From the NCBI GenBank assembly GCA_000092065.1, contig CP000584.1: a stretch of 64,000 nucleotides of DNA, one strand, 5' to 3'. The notes under the pieces were generated by a model that was given only the letters and a program-made list of their open reading frames with translations, searched no databases and had not been told where the DNA came from. Positions 20,882 through 30,715 of the stretch are shown one piece after another. Origin of the DNA: Ostreococcus lucimarinus (lineage: Eukaryota). Made by a program: the position numbers and the translations under genes. Numbering within the stretch: the stretch's first letter is position 1; every line of letters begins with the position of its first letter.

Positions 20882-21952
20882 ATGCCCCGCCCGCCCGGGC
20901 GCCCGCGCAAAGCGACGCACGACGTCGACCTCGCGCGCGATTGTTGGGAGTTCATCTTTCGACGTTTTCTCGACAGCGCCGACCCGGACGTCGCGGTGCC
21001 GTCGCCGCCCGAATGCGAACCGCCGAATGCGAACCGGCTCGTCGAAGTCCTCGGAGGATTCCTAGACGACGATGAGGATGAGCGTTTCTGGCGAAACAGG
21101 CACCAGCACGAAGAGCGGGTGCGTTTCTGGCACAACAGGCGCCAGCACCGCAAGACGACCGCGAAACGCGTGGACTTTGTTCGAACGCAAGCGCGCACGC
21201 TGCTCGCGCTGCCATCGGTGAGCAAGACGTTTAAGGAGGTGTGCGATGAAGGTGGATTGTTTGCGGATATGTGCGATACTTTGTGGGCGCGGGTGAAGCG
21301 ATTGGACGACAGCTTGGAGAATGGGGACAAACAAGCGCCGCCTACGATGACTTCGGCGCAGAAGTTGCGATTGTTTGAGGGCACGGGGTGCCAAAGCTGC
21401 GACAATCATCCGCTCATAAGCTTCAAGTGGGTGTTCTGGGGGTTCGGAGCGCGGCTGTGCCAGAGGTGCATGCGAGTGCGCATGGTGACTGAAGAGGTCC
21501 TACAGAGGGACCCGGATACGCTGCCGGAACACTACCGAGGTTTGCCATTCTCCAGCGATAGATACAGCGCATATGGAAACCCAGCTCCTGGTCGCAAGCT
21601 ATACTGGCGCGCGGACGTGGATGAGCGAAAGTCTGTCACACGCGAGCGTCAAAAACGCCAGCGTGAAGCCGAGGAAAACGAAAAAAAATTGTTAGAGAAG
21701 CGAAAGCGAAAGCAATTCCGCGAGGAAAAGCTTTCTCAGCGCGATGGTGTACGAGAGCAACGGAAGAAGGATATCATTCACATGATGACGACGACTTTCG
21801 ACGTGACTGAGGCGCAACTAGAAACGAGCGTATCGTATCGCAAGCACATCGCGATGGCGCGCCCGTTGACTGCGAGATTTCATCGCACGCACATGAGACA
21901 GATTTTAGATGAGCTTCCCGAGGAATGCCGAAGAAGACGACGCAAGAACTGA
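20882..21952 (+). CDS. Hypothetical protein (Cys-containing 'CQSCDNHPL..CQRCM' segment; Lys/Arg/Glu-rich C-terminus)
   Basis: ATG (MPRPPGRPRK) at 20882; the track start at 20855 is GTG. TGTAA lies 15 nt after the stop. Confidence 0.4.
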   Translation: MPRPPGRPRKATHDVDLARDCWEFIFRRFLDSADPDVAVPSPPECEPPNANRLVEVLGGFLDDDEDERFWRNRHQHEERVRFWHNRRQHRKTTAKRVDFVRTQARTLLALPSVSKTFKEVCDEGGLFADMCDTLWARVKRLDDSLENGDKQAPPTMTSAQKLRLFEGTGCQSCDNHPLISFKWVFWGFGARLCQRCMRVRMVTEEVLQRDPDTLPEHYRGLPFSSDRYSAYGNPAPGRKLYWRADVDERKSVTRERQKRQREAEENEKKLLEKRKRKQFREEKLSQRDGVREQRKKDIIHMMTTTFDVTEAQLETSVSYRKHIAMARPLTARFHRTHMRQILDELPEECRRRRRKN

Positions 21953-21982
21953 AAAGGAATCGCAAATGTAACAAATCAAATT

Positions 21983-23233
21983 CTACGCCAGACCAGCCAA
22001 ACAATCAATGAGTAACGTGTAGCCCTCCGGAACGTCTTCGCCGTGATGCACCGCGCTTGCAATAACAGCTAATTCGTTGATATCGATGTGCTTCGCCAAG
22101 AACAAGAGTAAGTGGAAATCGCGCAATCGTTCTCCGTACGGTTTGTCTTTGCGCAATGCGTCCTTTAAATCGTCGACGGTTTGCACGGGATGCAAACGGT
22201 TCTCGACGGGAAACGTAGTTGAAATCGCGCCTTCGTGGTCCAAGATCGGCACGGTGACGAGAAACATGTCGTTATCAACTGCATTCACGTCGTTGATGCT
22301 CGGACCGTCACGCACGATGACCTCGTTCGTGAGCTTGGATACTCCCTTCAACTCGTCTCCATCCTCGTCGACGCCGCACTCACCGGTGAACCAACCACGC
22401 TCCTGAACCTTCATCGCCGCATCACTCAGCTGAAATGCCTCGAAAGACACCTGCCAGTTGTCGTCTTCGTCTTCGAACGTGCTCACCACGGCGGTGACAA
22501 ACTCCTTGCCGAACTTTGACTGCAACCGCGCGACGCGCGACACCTCTCTCGCGCTCAGCGTAAAGTCGCGTTCATCCTTCGGCGTACTGATTATGCACCC
22601 CACACGGATCATTCCCAACGCACCCGCGAGCGCGTCCGCCTTTTCATCCTCGAGCGTGTCTTCCAACACCTCCACATCTTCCTCTGTGCCCTCTTGCTCT
22701 GGCTCGTAAATCGCGTCCACCCGAGTCTTCCCGTCGTCGTCTCGCGCGCCGTACAACCATCCGAACCTCACCTGTTTAAATCCCAACGTATAATTCACGT
22801 AGCTCTGAAACACATTCGCCGCGTTCGCATCGAACGACACGCTCACGCAGTGCGGCGCCTCTTGCCTTTCGATCCGTACTTGCGCCGCGATCATGTCGTC
22901 GACGGTCATCTTTCGTCCCGTGAGTCCTCTCGCCGCGTCCCGCACCGCCGCCGTCGTCTTCGTCGGCTCTCTTTCGCACCCATACATCAAGTGTACCACC
23001 GCCCCGTTCGTGTCGATTCCGCACGACGCGATCTTCGCCCTTCCGTTCGCCATATCTTTGAATTCTTCCGGTGTTTTGCTCGTCAGCACATCGAGCGACG
23101 TCGAGAGAATCTGCTCGTCTTTCGGCACTTTCAGCTCGGTTTCGAGGATTTCTTTGAGTTTCGCGACGGTGATGTCGGAGGAAGGGACCGTGATGCGTTC
23201 GGTACCGTCGCGCGTGCGCACGCGGACGATCAT
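21983..23233 (-). CDS. NPL4: NPL4-family protein (Cdc48/p97 cofactor), short plant-like form without NZF finger
   Basis: N-terminal ubiquitin-like segment 'MIVRVRTRDGTERITV'. MPN-like core: 'VRFGWLYGARDDDGKTRVDAIYEPEQEGTEEDVEVLEDTLEDEKAD' vs human 'RIGFLYGRYTE..AIYEPPQIGTQNSLELLEDPKAE'. C-terminal 'RDFHLLLFL' vs 'SDFHLLLFL'. Confidence 0.85.
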   Translation of the reverse strand: MIVRVRTRDGTERITVPSSDITVAKLKEILETELKVPKDEQILSTSLDVLTSKTPEEFKDMANGRAKIASCGIDTNGAVVHLMYGCEREPTKTTAAVRDAARGLTGRKMTVDDMIAAQVRIERQEAPHCVSVSFDANAANVFQSYVNYTLGFKQVRFGWLYGARDDDGKTRVDAIYEPEQEGTEEDVEVLEDTLEDEKADALAGALGMIRVGCIISTPKDERDFTLSAREVSRVARLQSKFGKEFVTAVVSTFEDEDDNWQVSFEAFQLSDAAMKVQERGWFTGECGVDEDGDELKGVSKLTNEVIVRDGPSINDVNAVDNDMFLVTVPILDHEGAISTTFPVENRLHPVQTVDDLKDALRKDKPYGERLRDFHLLLFLAKHIDINELAVIASAVHHGEDVPEGYTLLIDCLAGLA

Positions 23234-23338
23234 GGCGCGCGCGCGAGGGCGATGATGCGTCGATGTGTGGCGTTGGCAGCGCTTTCGGTTGGTTGGCCGC
23301 GCGCGAGCGAAGCGTTGATTTTTAAAGTAGACGTCGGA

Positions 23339-23878
23339 TTACTTGACGAGATCGGTCCAGTCGTCGGTGCCGCGCAAATCGTCGACGTACTTGTCGACGT
23401 CCTTGATCCCTTTGTGAATCGCAGTGGCGGTGTGAATGGCTTCGTACGGGTCGCGCGGCGCGGGATCGAGCAAGGCCAGCGTGCATCGCCAGTGGGGAAA
23501 CTTTTCGAGCCAACGCGGGATGTTGAATTTCGCGAGCGTATCGCGATCGTCGATGGACACGTCCTGACCGACGTGCTCGCGACCGATGACGTTATCGAAC
23601 CAACGCAAGCAGAGCTCGTGCGCGGGAACGCCAGCCTTGGCCGCGAGCTTCCGCTTGACGTCCGCGGCGGTGTCCGCGCCGTCCGCGTCGACTTCGATCT
23701 CGTGCGTCTCCATCAAGTGCGCCAAGCTCGGCACGTTCGCGCTCGCGTGCGTGATTCGCAACCCAAGCGTGATCGTTCGTCGTTCGTTCGCCGTCACCGG
23801 CGCATCCGTCGTCGCCGTCGTCGTCGTCGACGCGTCTCGGTCGACATCGGCGTCGTCGGTTTTTTCCTCCGCAGTCAT
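23339..23878 (-). CDS. Ubiquitin-like-domain protein (possibly UBFD1-like)
   Basis: 179 aa with a central beta-grasp-like segment 'RTITLGLRITHASANVPSLAHLMETHEIEVDADGADTAADVKRKLAAKAGV'. The family call is tentative. Confidence 0.3.
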   Translation of the reverse strand: MTAEEKTDDADVDRDASTTTTATTDAPVTANERRTITLGLRITHASANVPSLAHLMETHEIEVDADGADTAADVKRKLAAKAGVPAHELCLRWFDNVIGREHVGQDVSIDDRDTLAKFNIPRWLEKFPHWRCTLALLDPAPRDPYEAIHTATAIHKGIKDVDKYVDDLRGTDDWTDLVK

Positions 23879-24258
23879 CGTTCGCGCGAGTCCTCGCGTC
23901 TCTATCGCTCGCGCGCGTCCGCGCGTCGCCGCGATGCGTCGTATTTATTTCTTCCGCGCGCGCGATCGAGTCGCCGGCGCCGCGCGAGCCGTCGTCGCGC
24001 GGTCGCGCGCGTCGCGGTGTGTCGTCTCCGCAAGCGTTTTTTTTTACGTTTTCCACGCGGAGACGACGCGGTCGGTCTCGACCGACGCTCGACCGCACTG
24101 ACGCGCGCACCGACGCGCACTCGCGACGAACGCGCGACGGACGATCGCCGGCGGCGCGAAAACGCGACTCGCGCGTCGTTTACGCGCGCGCGCGCGGACG
24201 GGCGACGCGCGCGGGCGACGCGCGCGCGCATCCACGTGGCGGATTCGGAACCTTCGGA

Positions 24259-25635
24259 ATGAATCCATTCCACGAAGACGCGTCGACGTTCGCGAGCGCG
24301 AGCTCGACCGCGAGCGTGGGCGCGAGTGATAACAGAGTGGACGTGCACGCGCTCGCGCACGATCTCGCGCGGGACGCGAACGTCGAGGATGGTCGGGTTT
24401 GGGGTCCACGCGGGGAACGGGACGACGGCGGACGGTTCGACGGCGGCGCGGAAGGAGGCGCGTCGTCGTACGATGATCGCGCCCAACACGAAAACGTTGA
24501 AGAACGGGACGTCGGTGATGCGCGCGCGCGTAAGCCGCGGGAGGTGAGCGCGGATGAGCGGATTAATGCGACGGCGACGGCGGTGATCAAGGCGGGGTCG
24601 AGCGGGCACTCGGTCGAAGCGTTCAACGGAAGCTCGGACGATATGGCGTTTAGCGATCGGCTCGCGGTGGCGACGGCGAAGATATCCACGCTAGCGGCGC
24701 AGCTGAAGGAGAAGACGGCGGCGGCGCGAGATACGCGCGCGAAGGAGAAGGCTCTAGGTGGTAAGGAGTTGTTGCGTCGGTTGCAAGAGACGGCGTCGAG
24801 TCAGAGCGCGCAGCGCGCGCCGGGTCTCGTTTCGTTGCAGTCCATGCGCAGAGGAGAAGGCGCGGCGGCACCAACTGTGGACGAAAGCGGAAAGGTCGTG
24901 AAGGGGATCGGGTACAAATTGAGCGCGGCGACGCGCCGCACGTCTCAGCGGTTGTTGCAAAGTTTCGGCACCGCGGAGAAGATGCGAGACGACGAGTTCA
25001 AGACTTTGTGGAACAGCGTGCAACAGCAGGAGTCCATCTTGAAGGAAATCGCGCAAGTGAGCACCGCGTATAAACATGCACAACGCGCGGTGTTCGATAT
25101 GAGCAAGCGACTGGCCACACTTATCCGGAATTTGGTCGAAACCGGGGACAAGAATAACGTTTGGGACGGCGCGCCGACGGTGGCGAGAGAAGCCGCGTTG
25201 CGAGAGGCGTGCAAGATGGTGGATGTCGCCGACGCTCTCGTCGCGCGATGCACGCCTCTCACCGAGGAAGTGTTCGATTGGAACATTGTCGAACCCGCGG
25301 CGCACCGCTCGAAAGAGCTCCCGGCGTACAAGGCGTGCGTAGCGAAACGCGCGGCTTACATGCAAGACATGGACGCCTTCGACCGCCAGCTCGGCGCGTT
25401 ACAGAAGCGCTCGCCCAAGAACGCCGACGAATACGCCGTCAAAGAAGAACAAGCGCGCCGCGCCAAAGAGCGCTTCCAGGATTTCAGCTCGAAGCTCGTC
25501 GAAGAGCTTCAAATCGTCGACGGCACGCGATACGAGATGGCGTACTCGATCGCCCGCGGGTTCGCCAACGTCCAATGCTTCAATCTCGAGCGCCAACTCG
25601 ACGTCGCTCGAACGCTCCGCGGTGGTGGTCAGTAG
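24259..25635 (+). CDS. Hypothetical protein with C-terminal BAR-like coiled helical domain
   Basis: ATG (MNPFHEDAS) at 24259; the upstream part of the track ORF is GC junk. The C-terminal ~250 aa are an amphipathic helical region. The BAR assignment is weak. Confidence 0.35.
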   Translation: MNPFHEDASTFASASSTASVGASDNRVDVHALAHDLARDANVEDGRVWGPRGERDDGGRFDGGAEGGASSYDDRAQHENVEERDVGDARARKPREVSADERINATATAVIKAGSSGHSVEAFNGSSDDMAFSDRLAVATAKISTLAAQLKEKTAAARDTRAKEKALGGKELLRRLQETASSQSAQRAPGLVSLQSMRRGEGAAAPTVDESGKVVKGIGYKLSAATRRTSQRLLQSFGTAEKMRDDEFKTLWNSVQQQESILKEIAQVSTAYKHAQRAVFDMSKRLATLIRNLVETGDKNNVWDGAPTVAREAALREACKMVDVADALVARCTPLTEEVFDWNIVEPAAHRSKELPAYKACVAKRAAYMQDMDAFDRQLGALQKRSPKNADEYAVKEEQARRAKERFQDFSSKLVEELQIVDGTRYEMAYSIARGFANVQCFNLERQLDVARTLRGGGQ

Positions 25636-25704
25636 CAACAACTCGATGCGACTCTAGCGCGCGTGTATAAGCTCCCACTTCAATCAATTACAAACATCGT
25701 CGCC

Positions 25705-26073
25705 TCACTCCGTCGCGTCCGATCCCGCGCCTTTCCGCTTCAGCCCAAACTTTTCCACCAGCTCGAACGCCTTATTCAGCACCTCCGTCTCCGCCGCGTT
25801 GAGTTCGTGAATCTCATCCACGACCTTATTCATCGCTCGATCGCGCGCGCGAGGGTCCAGCACGTCGTCCTCGTCGCTCGGGAACCCAGCCTCGGCGAAC
25901 TCGAGCATCGCCGCGCTCGGCTCTGCCCCCGCCTCGTTCGCCGCGTCGGCGCCGTCCGCGTCGCTCGCGCGACGCGTGATGGCGACGCGCGCGCGCGCGC
26001 GTTCGACGCGCTTCGTCGCGCGCGCGTGCGGACGCGCGATGGGGGCGAGCGGGGCGAGCGCGCGGGCGAACAT
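25705..26073 (-). CDS. Small hypothetical protein with organellar-presequence-like N-terminus
   Basis: 122 aa with an Arg/Ala-rich N-terminus, then an acidic helical C-terminus 'AMNKVVDEIHELNAAETEVLNKAFELVEKFGLK'. Confidence 0.35.
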   Translation of the reverse strand: MFARALAPLAPIARPHARATKRVERARARVAITRRASDADGADAANEAGAEPSAAMLEFAEAGFPSDEDDVLDPRARDRAMNKVVDEIHELNAAETEVLNKAFELVEKFGLKRKGAGSDATE

Positions 26074-26189
26074 CGCGTGTCGAAGTGACGAGTGACGTCG
26101 GTCCGTCGGTGGGTCGAGAAGTCAAATTCTAAGTGCTATGCGTCGTGACGTGTCTTCGTATCGCGTCGCGCGTCGGTGAGGCGCATCGC

Positions 26190-26635
26190 TCATCGCAGGC
26201 ACGATGAGAATCGGTGCTGGCCCACGTACCCGCCCTGCATCGCGCGCCGGACGTTCATCGCGAAATTCTGAGGCGTGCGCGCCAAATCCTCCGCCGCCTC
26301 CTTGTTCAGAGGATCGTCCGGATTCGGCTCGCTGAACAGCAGAGACAACCCGAAGATGACGCTCGAGATCGACAACACCGGTTTCCAATCCTCTCTCAAA
26401 ATGTTCAAGCACACGTTCCCGTCCAAGTCAATGTTCGGGTGATACACCTTGCGCTCGCATCGCACCTTCGGCGGTTCGTGCGGATACATCGTCGGCACCG
26501 CGAACGAAAACTCAAACGTCCCACCGCGATAGTACCCCTCATCGGGTTTAATCGCGATGACAAAGTTCAACAAATCATCCTTCCCATTCGGGAACGCTAT
26601 CGACATCGTCCGCGGAAGCGCGAGCTCCGATATGT
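26190..26635 (-). CDS. UBC12: NEDD8-conjugating enzyme UBC12/RCE1, exon 3 (UBC core)
   Basis: '[24 protein letters not shown]' vs Arabidopsis RCE1 '[24 protein letters not shown]'. Active site '[32 protein letters not shown]'. Exon begins AC|ATA... after CAG acceptor 26636-26638. Confidence 0.9.
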
Positions 26636-26727
26636 CTGCGTTCGTTTCGTTCGCGCGCGCGCGTCAGTCGTCTCGCCGTCGTCCCGCGTCCTCGCGCTTC
26701 CCCCGTTCGCGTCGCCGTCTCGCGCAC
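26636..26727 (-). other. UBC12 intron 2 (92 nt, phase 1): GTGCGCG...GACGACTGACG...ACGCAG
   Basis: Donor (minus strand) at 26727-26722. Branch motif is the reverse complement of 'cgtcagtcg' at 26662-26670. Confidence 0.7.
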
Positions 26728-26815
26728 CTTTCGCCACGCGAACCTCCCCGCTGCTCTGTCTCGACGTCGTGCCTCCGTTCGCCTCGCGTTCGGCCGCCTC
26801 CTTCTCTTGTTTCGC
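26728..26815 (-). CDS. UBC12: UBC12 exon 2 (AKQEKEAAEREANGGTTSRQSSGEVRVAK + first nt of Asp codon)
   Basis: Encodes 'EANGGTTSRQSSGEVRVAK|DISELALP', which matches RCE1 'ATRGGASVKKQSAGELRLHKDISELNLP'. Bounded by acceptor CAG (reverse complement of 26816-26818) and donor GTGCGC. Confidence 0.7.
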
Positions 26816-26966
26816 CTGTCGTCGTCGTCGCGCGCGCGTCGCGTCAGTCCTTCGTCGCATCCTTCGTCGCATCCTTCGTCGCGCGCGTCGCCGCGCGGTC
26901 GTTCGTCGCGCGCGTCGGCGTCGCGGTCGCGCGTCGCGCGTCGTCGTCCTCGCGTCGCGCGCGCAC
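26816..26966 (-). other. UBC12 intron 1 (151 nt, phase 0): GTGCGCGCG...GAAGGACTGACGCG...GACAG
   Basis: Contains the two in-frame stops that break the naive ORF. ACTGAC is the reverse complement of 'gtcagt' at 26824-26829. Confidence 0.65.
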
Positions 26967-26990
26967 CTTGACGGAGAACAGCTTGATCAT
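26967..26990 (-). CDS. UBC12: UBC12 exon 1 (24-nt micro-exon: MIKLFSVK)
   Basis: 'MIKLFSVK' matches the conserved UBC12 N-terminus (human MIKLFSLK, Arabidopsis MIGLFKVK) and is followed directly by GTGCGC. It lies ~70 bp from the divergent DXR start codon. Confidence 0.7.
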
Positions 26991-27060
26991 CGCGCCCTCG
27001 TCGCGGCGTCGTGTGTCGCGCGCGACGATTCGGCGCGTCGTCGCGGATGGATAGAGCGCG

Positions 27061-28515
27061 ATGCGACGGCGCGACACACGACGACGCGCGATGGCGATGG
27101 CGATGACGCGCGCGATGATGACGACGGCGACGACGGCGACGACGAAAGCGACGGCGCGGGACGCGCGACGCGAGACGCGCGCGCGACGCGCGATCGCGAC
27201 GAGGGCGAGCAACAACGAAAACCGCTACGGCGCGTGCTGGCCGGGACGCGCGGAGGTGCCGGCGAACGTCGCGGCGCTCGGGAACGGAAACGTGAAGAAG
27301 ATATCGCTGCTCGGAAGCACGGGGTCGATCGGGACGCAGACGCTGGACATTTGCGAGGAACATCCGGATAAGTTTGAGGTCGTGGCGCTGAGCGCGGGGC
27401 GAAACGTGACGCTGGTGGCGGAGCAGTGCGCGAAGTTCTCGCCGAAGTTGGTGAGCGTGCAGAACGGAGAGGACGTGGCGAAACTGAGGGATGCGTTGCA
27501 AAAACTCGGATGCGCGATGCCGGAGATTATGTATGGGGAGGATGGGATGGTTGAGGTGGCGAGACACGCCGACTGCGATTCGGTGGTGACGGGCATCGTC
27601 GGATGCGCGGGATTGCCGCCGACGGTGGCGGCGATCGAGGCGGGAAAGAATATTTGCTTGGCGAATAAGGAGACCCTCATCGCCGGTGGCCCCGCGATCG
27701 TGCCGTTGGCGGTGAAGCATGGGGTGAAAATTTTGCCCGCGGATTCCGAGCACAGCGCCTTGTTCCAGTGCATTCAAGGCATGCCGGAGGGCGCGCTGAG
27801 ACGCATCATTCTCACCGCCTCTGGCGGCGCTTTCCGCGATATGGACCTCGCCACCATGCGTGAACTCGCGGTGTCCGATCCCGCGGCGTTGCACAAGAAG
27901 GCGACGACGCACCCGAACTGGGACATGGGCGCGAAGATTACGTGCGACAGCGCGACGCTCATGAACAAGGCGCTCGAAGTCATCGAGGCGCACTACCTCT
28001 ACGGCACCTCTTACGACAACATTGACGTGATCGTGCACCCGCAATCGATCGTGCACTCCATGGTTGAGACCTCGGATAGCTCCGTTTTGGCGCAATTGGG
28101 CTGGCCTGACATGCGTTTGCCTATTCTTTACACCATGTCTTGGCCCAACCGCGTCGAGTGCTCCGAAGTCACGTGGCCGCGACTCGACTTTGTCAAGATG
28201 GGCGACCTCACCTTCCGCGCGCCCGATTTCGAAAAGTACCCGTCTCTCACCATGGGCTACGCCGCCGGTCGCGCCGGTGGCACCATGACGGGCGTTTTCT
28301 CCGCCGCCAACGAGCAAGCGGTCGCCATGTTCTTGGACAAAAAGATGGGCTACTTCGACATTTACAAAGTCATCGAGTTGGCCATGGAGGCGCACAAGAA
28401 CGAGCTCGTGCTCGATCCGTCCCTGGACGACATCGTGCACTACGATTTGTGGGCGCGCGATCACGTCAAGCAAACCGTGGAATCTGGCGTTTTGACCGGC
28501 GCCCTGCCTCGTTAA
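27061..28515 (+). CDS. DXR: 1-Deoxy-D-xylulose-5-phosphate reductoisomerase (DXR/IspC), plastid MEP pathway, with presequence
   Basis: '[18 protein letters not shown]' (NADPH-binding), '[11 protein letters not shown]', '[10 protein letters not shown]', '[12 protein letters not shown]'. N-terminal ~75 aa Arg/Ala/Thr/Met-rich presequence; the true start could be the internal ATG near 27091. Confidence 0.92.
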   Translation: MRRRDTRRRAMAMAMTRAMMTTATTATTKATARDARRETRARRAIATRASNNENRYGACWPGRAEVPANVAALGNGNVKKISLLGSTGSIGTQTLDICEEHPDKFEVVALSAGRNVTLVAEQCAKFSPKLVSVQNGEDVAKLRDALQKLGCAMPEIMYGEDGMVEVARHADCDSVVTGIVGCAGLPPTVAAIEAGKNICLANKETLIAGGPAIVPLAVKHGVKILPADSEHSALFQCIQGMPEGALRRIILTASGGAFRDMDLATMRELAVSDPAALHKKATTHPNWDMGAKITCDSATLMNKALEVIEAHYLYGTSYDNIDVIVHPQSIVHSMVETSDSSVLAQLGWPDMRLPILYTMSWPNRVECSEVTWPRLDFVKMGDLTFRAPDFEKYPSLTMGYAAGRAGGTMTGVFSAANEQAVAMFLDKKMGYFDIYKVIELAMEAHKNELVLDPSLDDIVHYDLWARDHVKQTVESGVLTGALPR

Positions 28516-28620
28516 ACTACACATTCGATTCGTTTCGTCTCGCGCGCTCGTTCGCCGACGTTGCTAATACTCACTCCAACAACGAGTCACGCGCTTCACT
28601 CGCGCACGCGCGCACGCCTG

Positions 28621-29589
28621 ATGATCGTCGCGGCGCGCGCCACCGCGCGCGTTCAGTGCGCCGCACCGCGCGCCCGCCGCCATCGTTCGCGCCGTCACCG
28701 CGTCGCTCGGGCGTCGTCCGGCGTGAACGATGACGACGCGTCTGACGCAGCCATGTACGAAGAACTCGAGAAGATTAACGCCGCGAACAACAGTAAGAGC
28801 GCGAGTGACTGGATCGGGGCGTGGTCGAAGGCGATCACCGACCCCCCGAGCGAGGCAGAGGTGGAGAAGATGCGAGCTGCGGCGATGGCGGCCGAGGAAG
28901 AGCGCTTGGCGGAGGCGAGGAGCTATCGGTACGTCTTCGCGCACGATCTGCTGAGCGGATCGGGGGACTCGTTCGCGGGTAAATATCTCAAGGATGCGCT
29001 AGGAATGATTGATATCGAGCTGGAGACGCCAGACTTGGTGTGTGGGAACGCGGAGTACACGGTGTCGAGCGCGTTGGAAAAGTTGACGGCGGCGCTGAAC
29101 GGCGGGGAAGGGCGGAAGGAGCGACCGGTTCGGTTGATTGGGTCGAGCACGGGGGCATTGGTGGCGGCGCTGTACGCGGAAAGGAACCGAGACAGGGTTG
29201 ACAAAGTGTTTCTTCTCGCGCCGACGTGGGGGCTGGCGAACATTTTGACAAACTTTGAGAAGAGTTACGGCGTCAAGTTCAGCAAGGCGTTCGTCGACGA
29301 CGCGAGCACGTTACCCGAGTATCCGACGGTGACTTGCCCGGCGTATATCGTGCATGGACACGATGACGACGTTTCGCCGTTGGACAACTCCGCGCGTTGG
29401 ATGCAGATGGCGTCGCAGTGGATGCGACAGGAAGGTGATTCCGACGAAAACGTCGCCGAGAGACGACTTCTCGAGGTGAGCGGCTTAGGGCACGGCGTTG
29501 AGACCGCGCTTCCAATGTCGATGGGGCGGTTCACAGAGTTTTTTAAAATTCCAAGAGTTGACTTGTACTTGCGTGAAAGAGAGCCTTGA
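28621..29589 (+). CDS. Alpha/beta-hydrolase-fold esterase/lipase-like protein with presequence
   Basis: Nucleophile elbow 'LIGSSTGALVAAL' (GxSxG) and 'AYIVHGHDDDVSPL' plus 'GLGHGVE' (Asp/His region). ATG at 28621; the track start at 28561 is TTG. The last 18 codons plus stop lie inside a perfect 56-bp tandem duplication. Confidence 0.6.
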   Translation: MIVAARATARVQCAAPRARRHRSRRHRVARASSGVNDDDASDAAMYEELEKINAANNSKSASDWIGAWSKAITDPPSEAEVEKMRAAAMAAEEERLAEARSYRYVFAHDLLSGSGDSFAGKYLKDALGMIDIELETPDLVCGNAEYTVSSALEKLTAALNGGEGRKERPVRLIGSSTGALVAALYAERNRDRVDKVFLLAPTWGLANILTNFEKSYGVKFSKAFVDDASTLPEYPTVTCPAYIVHGHDDDVSPLDNSARWMQMASQWMRQEGDSDENVAERRLLEVSGLGHGVETALPMSMGRFTEFFKIPRVDLYLREREP

Positions 29590-29644
29590 CAGAGTTTTTT
29601 AAAATTCCAAGAGTTGACTTGTACTTGCGTGAAAGAGAGCCTTG
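29533..29644 (+). repeat. Perfect 56-bp tandem duplication (2 copies) spanning the hydrolase stop codon
   Basis: 'acagagttttttaaaattccaagagttgacttgtacttgcgtgaaagagagccttg' at 29533-29588 is repeated exactly at 29589-29644. The stop TGA (29587-29589) straddles the junction. Confidence 0.9.
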
Positions 29645-29806
29645 AAGGAAGATGCATCGCCGACGTTGACTTTCCAAATTTAGAGCCATCAAACCAAACT
29701 AGGAGTGGCGCATAGCACGGCGCATAGCAAGCTTCGTGCGACGCGCGCAATGGGATCTGGGGACGGCGCGTTAGCTTGAAGATACACCATCGCGCGCCAC
29801 TACGCT

Positions 29807-30679
29807 ATGGCGTCCAGCACCGACGTCGAGCGGTTGCTCGCGCAGACACAGAGGGAGAGGAATGTTCGCGCCACGCTCAAGATGCAAATCAAGCAGCACG
29901 CTCAAAAGGAACGCGATTTCGCGGAGTGGGAAGAACGTCTCGTCGACAAGCAGCAGCGAATCGAGGATAACATCGTAAACTGTGATGATATGCTGCGCCA
30001 GGCGGATGCGAAACGCGAGCACGCAGAGGACAACGTCAAACGGGACGCGGAGTCCCAGCGAAGTAGCATGCGCGACATCGCCAGGCTGCGCGCACAACTT
30101 GAAGACATCCGCGCAAAGTGTGCACACGTTTCAGATGAAATTCAGGCGAGCTCGAAATACTTTGAGTTTTTAAGCCGCTCGAGTCAAATCGTGCTTGCGC
30201 GCAATTCGTCCAAGGCTGAAGACGTTTACGAACTCGTGGAAGAGATCCTCGATCGTCACCGGACCCTCGTGATGGCGAATCATCAATTACAAGATCAGTT
30301 CAAAGTGACCGCACGGTCGCACGACGACTTGACCGACGCGCATAACAAGTACGTGGACGATTCGCGCGAAAACATTTTGGCGTTGAACACGCGCCTCGGC
30401 GGCATGAAACGCTTGCTCGAGTCTAACATGCGAAGCACTAGCGCGAGCATGACGACGATGACACACTTCGCCAAAAAGTGTGCGCTTAAGCACTCGTCCG
30501 TGAGCTTGGTGAAGATGGCGACTGAGAACATATTCGTCAAGTGCACGTCGCGCTCGCACGTCGCCCGCTGCGCCACAGGACGCGAGCACGCGAGCGACAC
30601 TAGCGTGCGACTGAGCATCATACGACACTTCCTCTGCGACATGCGTGCTATCGCCCGCGAGACGACCTGTGATAGATAA
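29807..30679 (+). CDS. Coiled-coil protein, hypothetical (possibly DUF4200/CCDC42-like)
   Basis: 290 aa, predominantly heptad coiled coil with a Cys/His-containing C-terminus. The family call is speculative. Confidence 0.35.
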   Translation: MASSTDVERLLAQTQRERNVRATLKMQIKQHAQKERDFAEWEERLVDKQQRIEDNIVNCDDMLRQADAKREHAEDNVKRDAESQRSSMRDIARLRAQLEDIRAKCAHVSDEIQASSKYFEFLSRSSQIVLARNSSKAEDVYELVEEILDRHRTLVMANHQLQDQFKVTARSHDDLTDAHNKYVDDSRENILALNTRLGGMKRLLESNMRSTSASMTTMTHFAKKCALKHSSVSLVKMATENIFVKCTSRSHVARCATGREHASDTSVRLSIIRHFLCDMRAIARETTCDR

Positions 30680-30715
30680 TAGACTCTCTTCTTTAAAACA
30701 CTACAGCTGCGTCCA

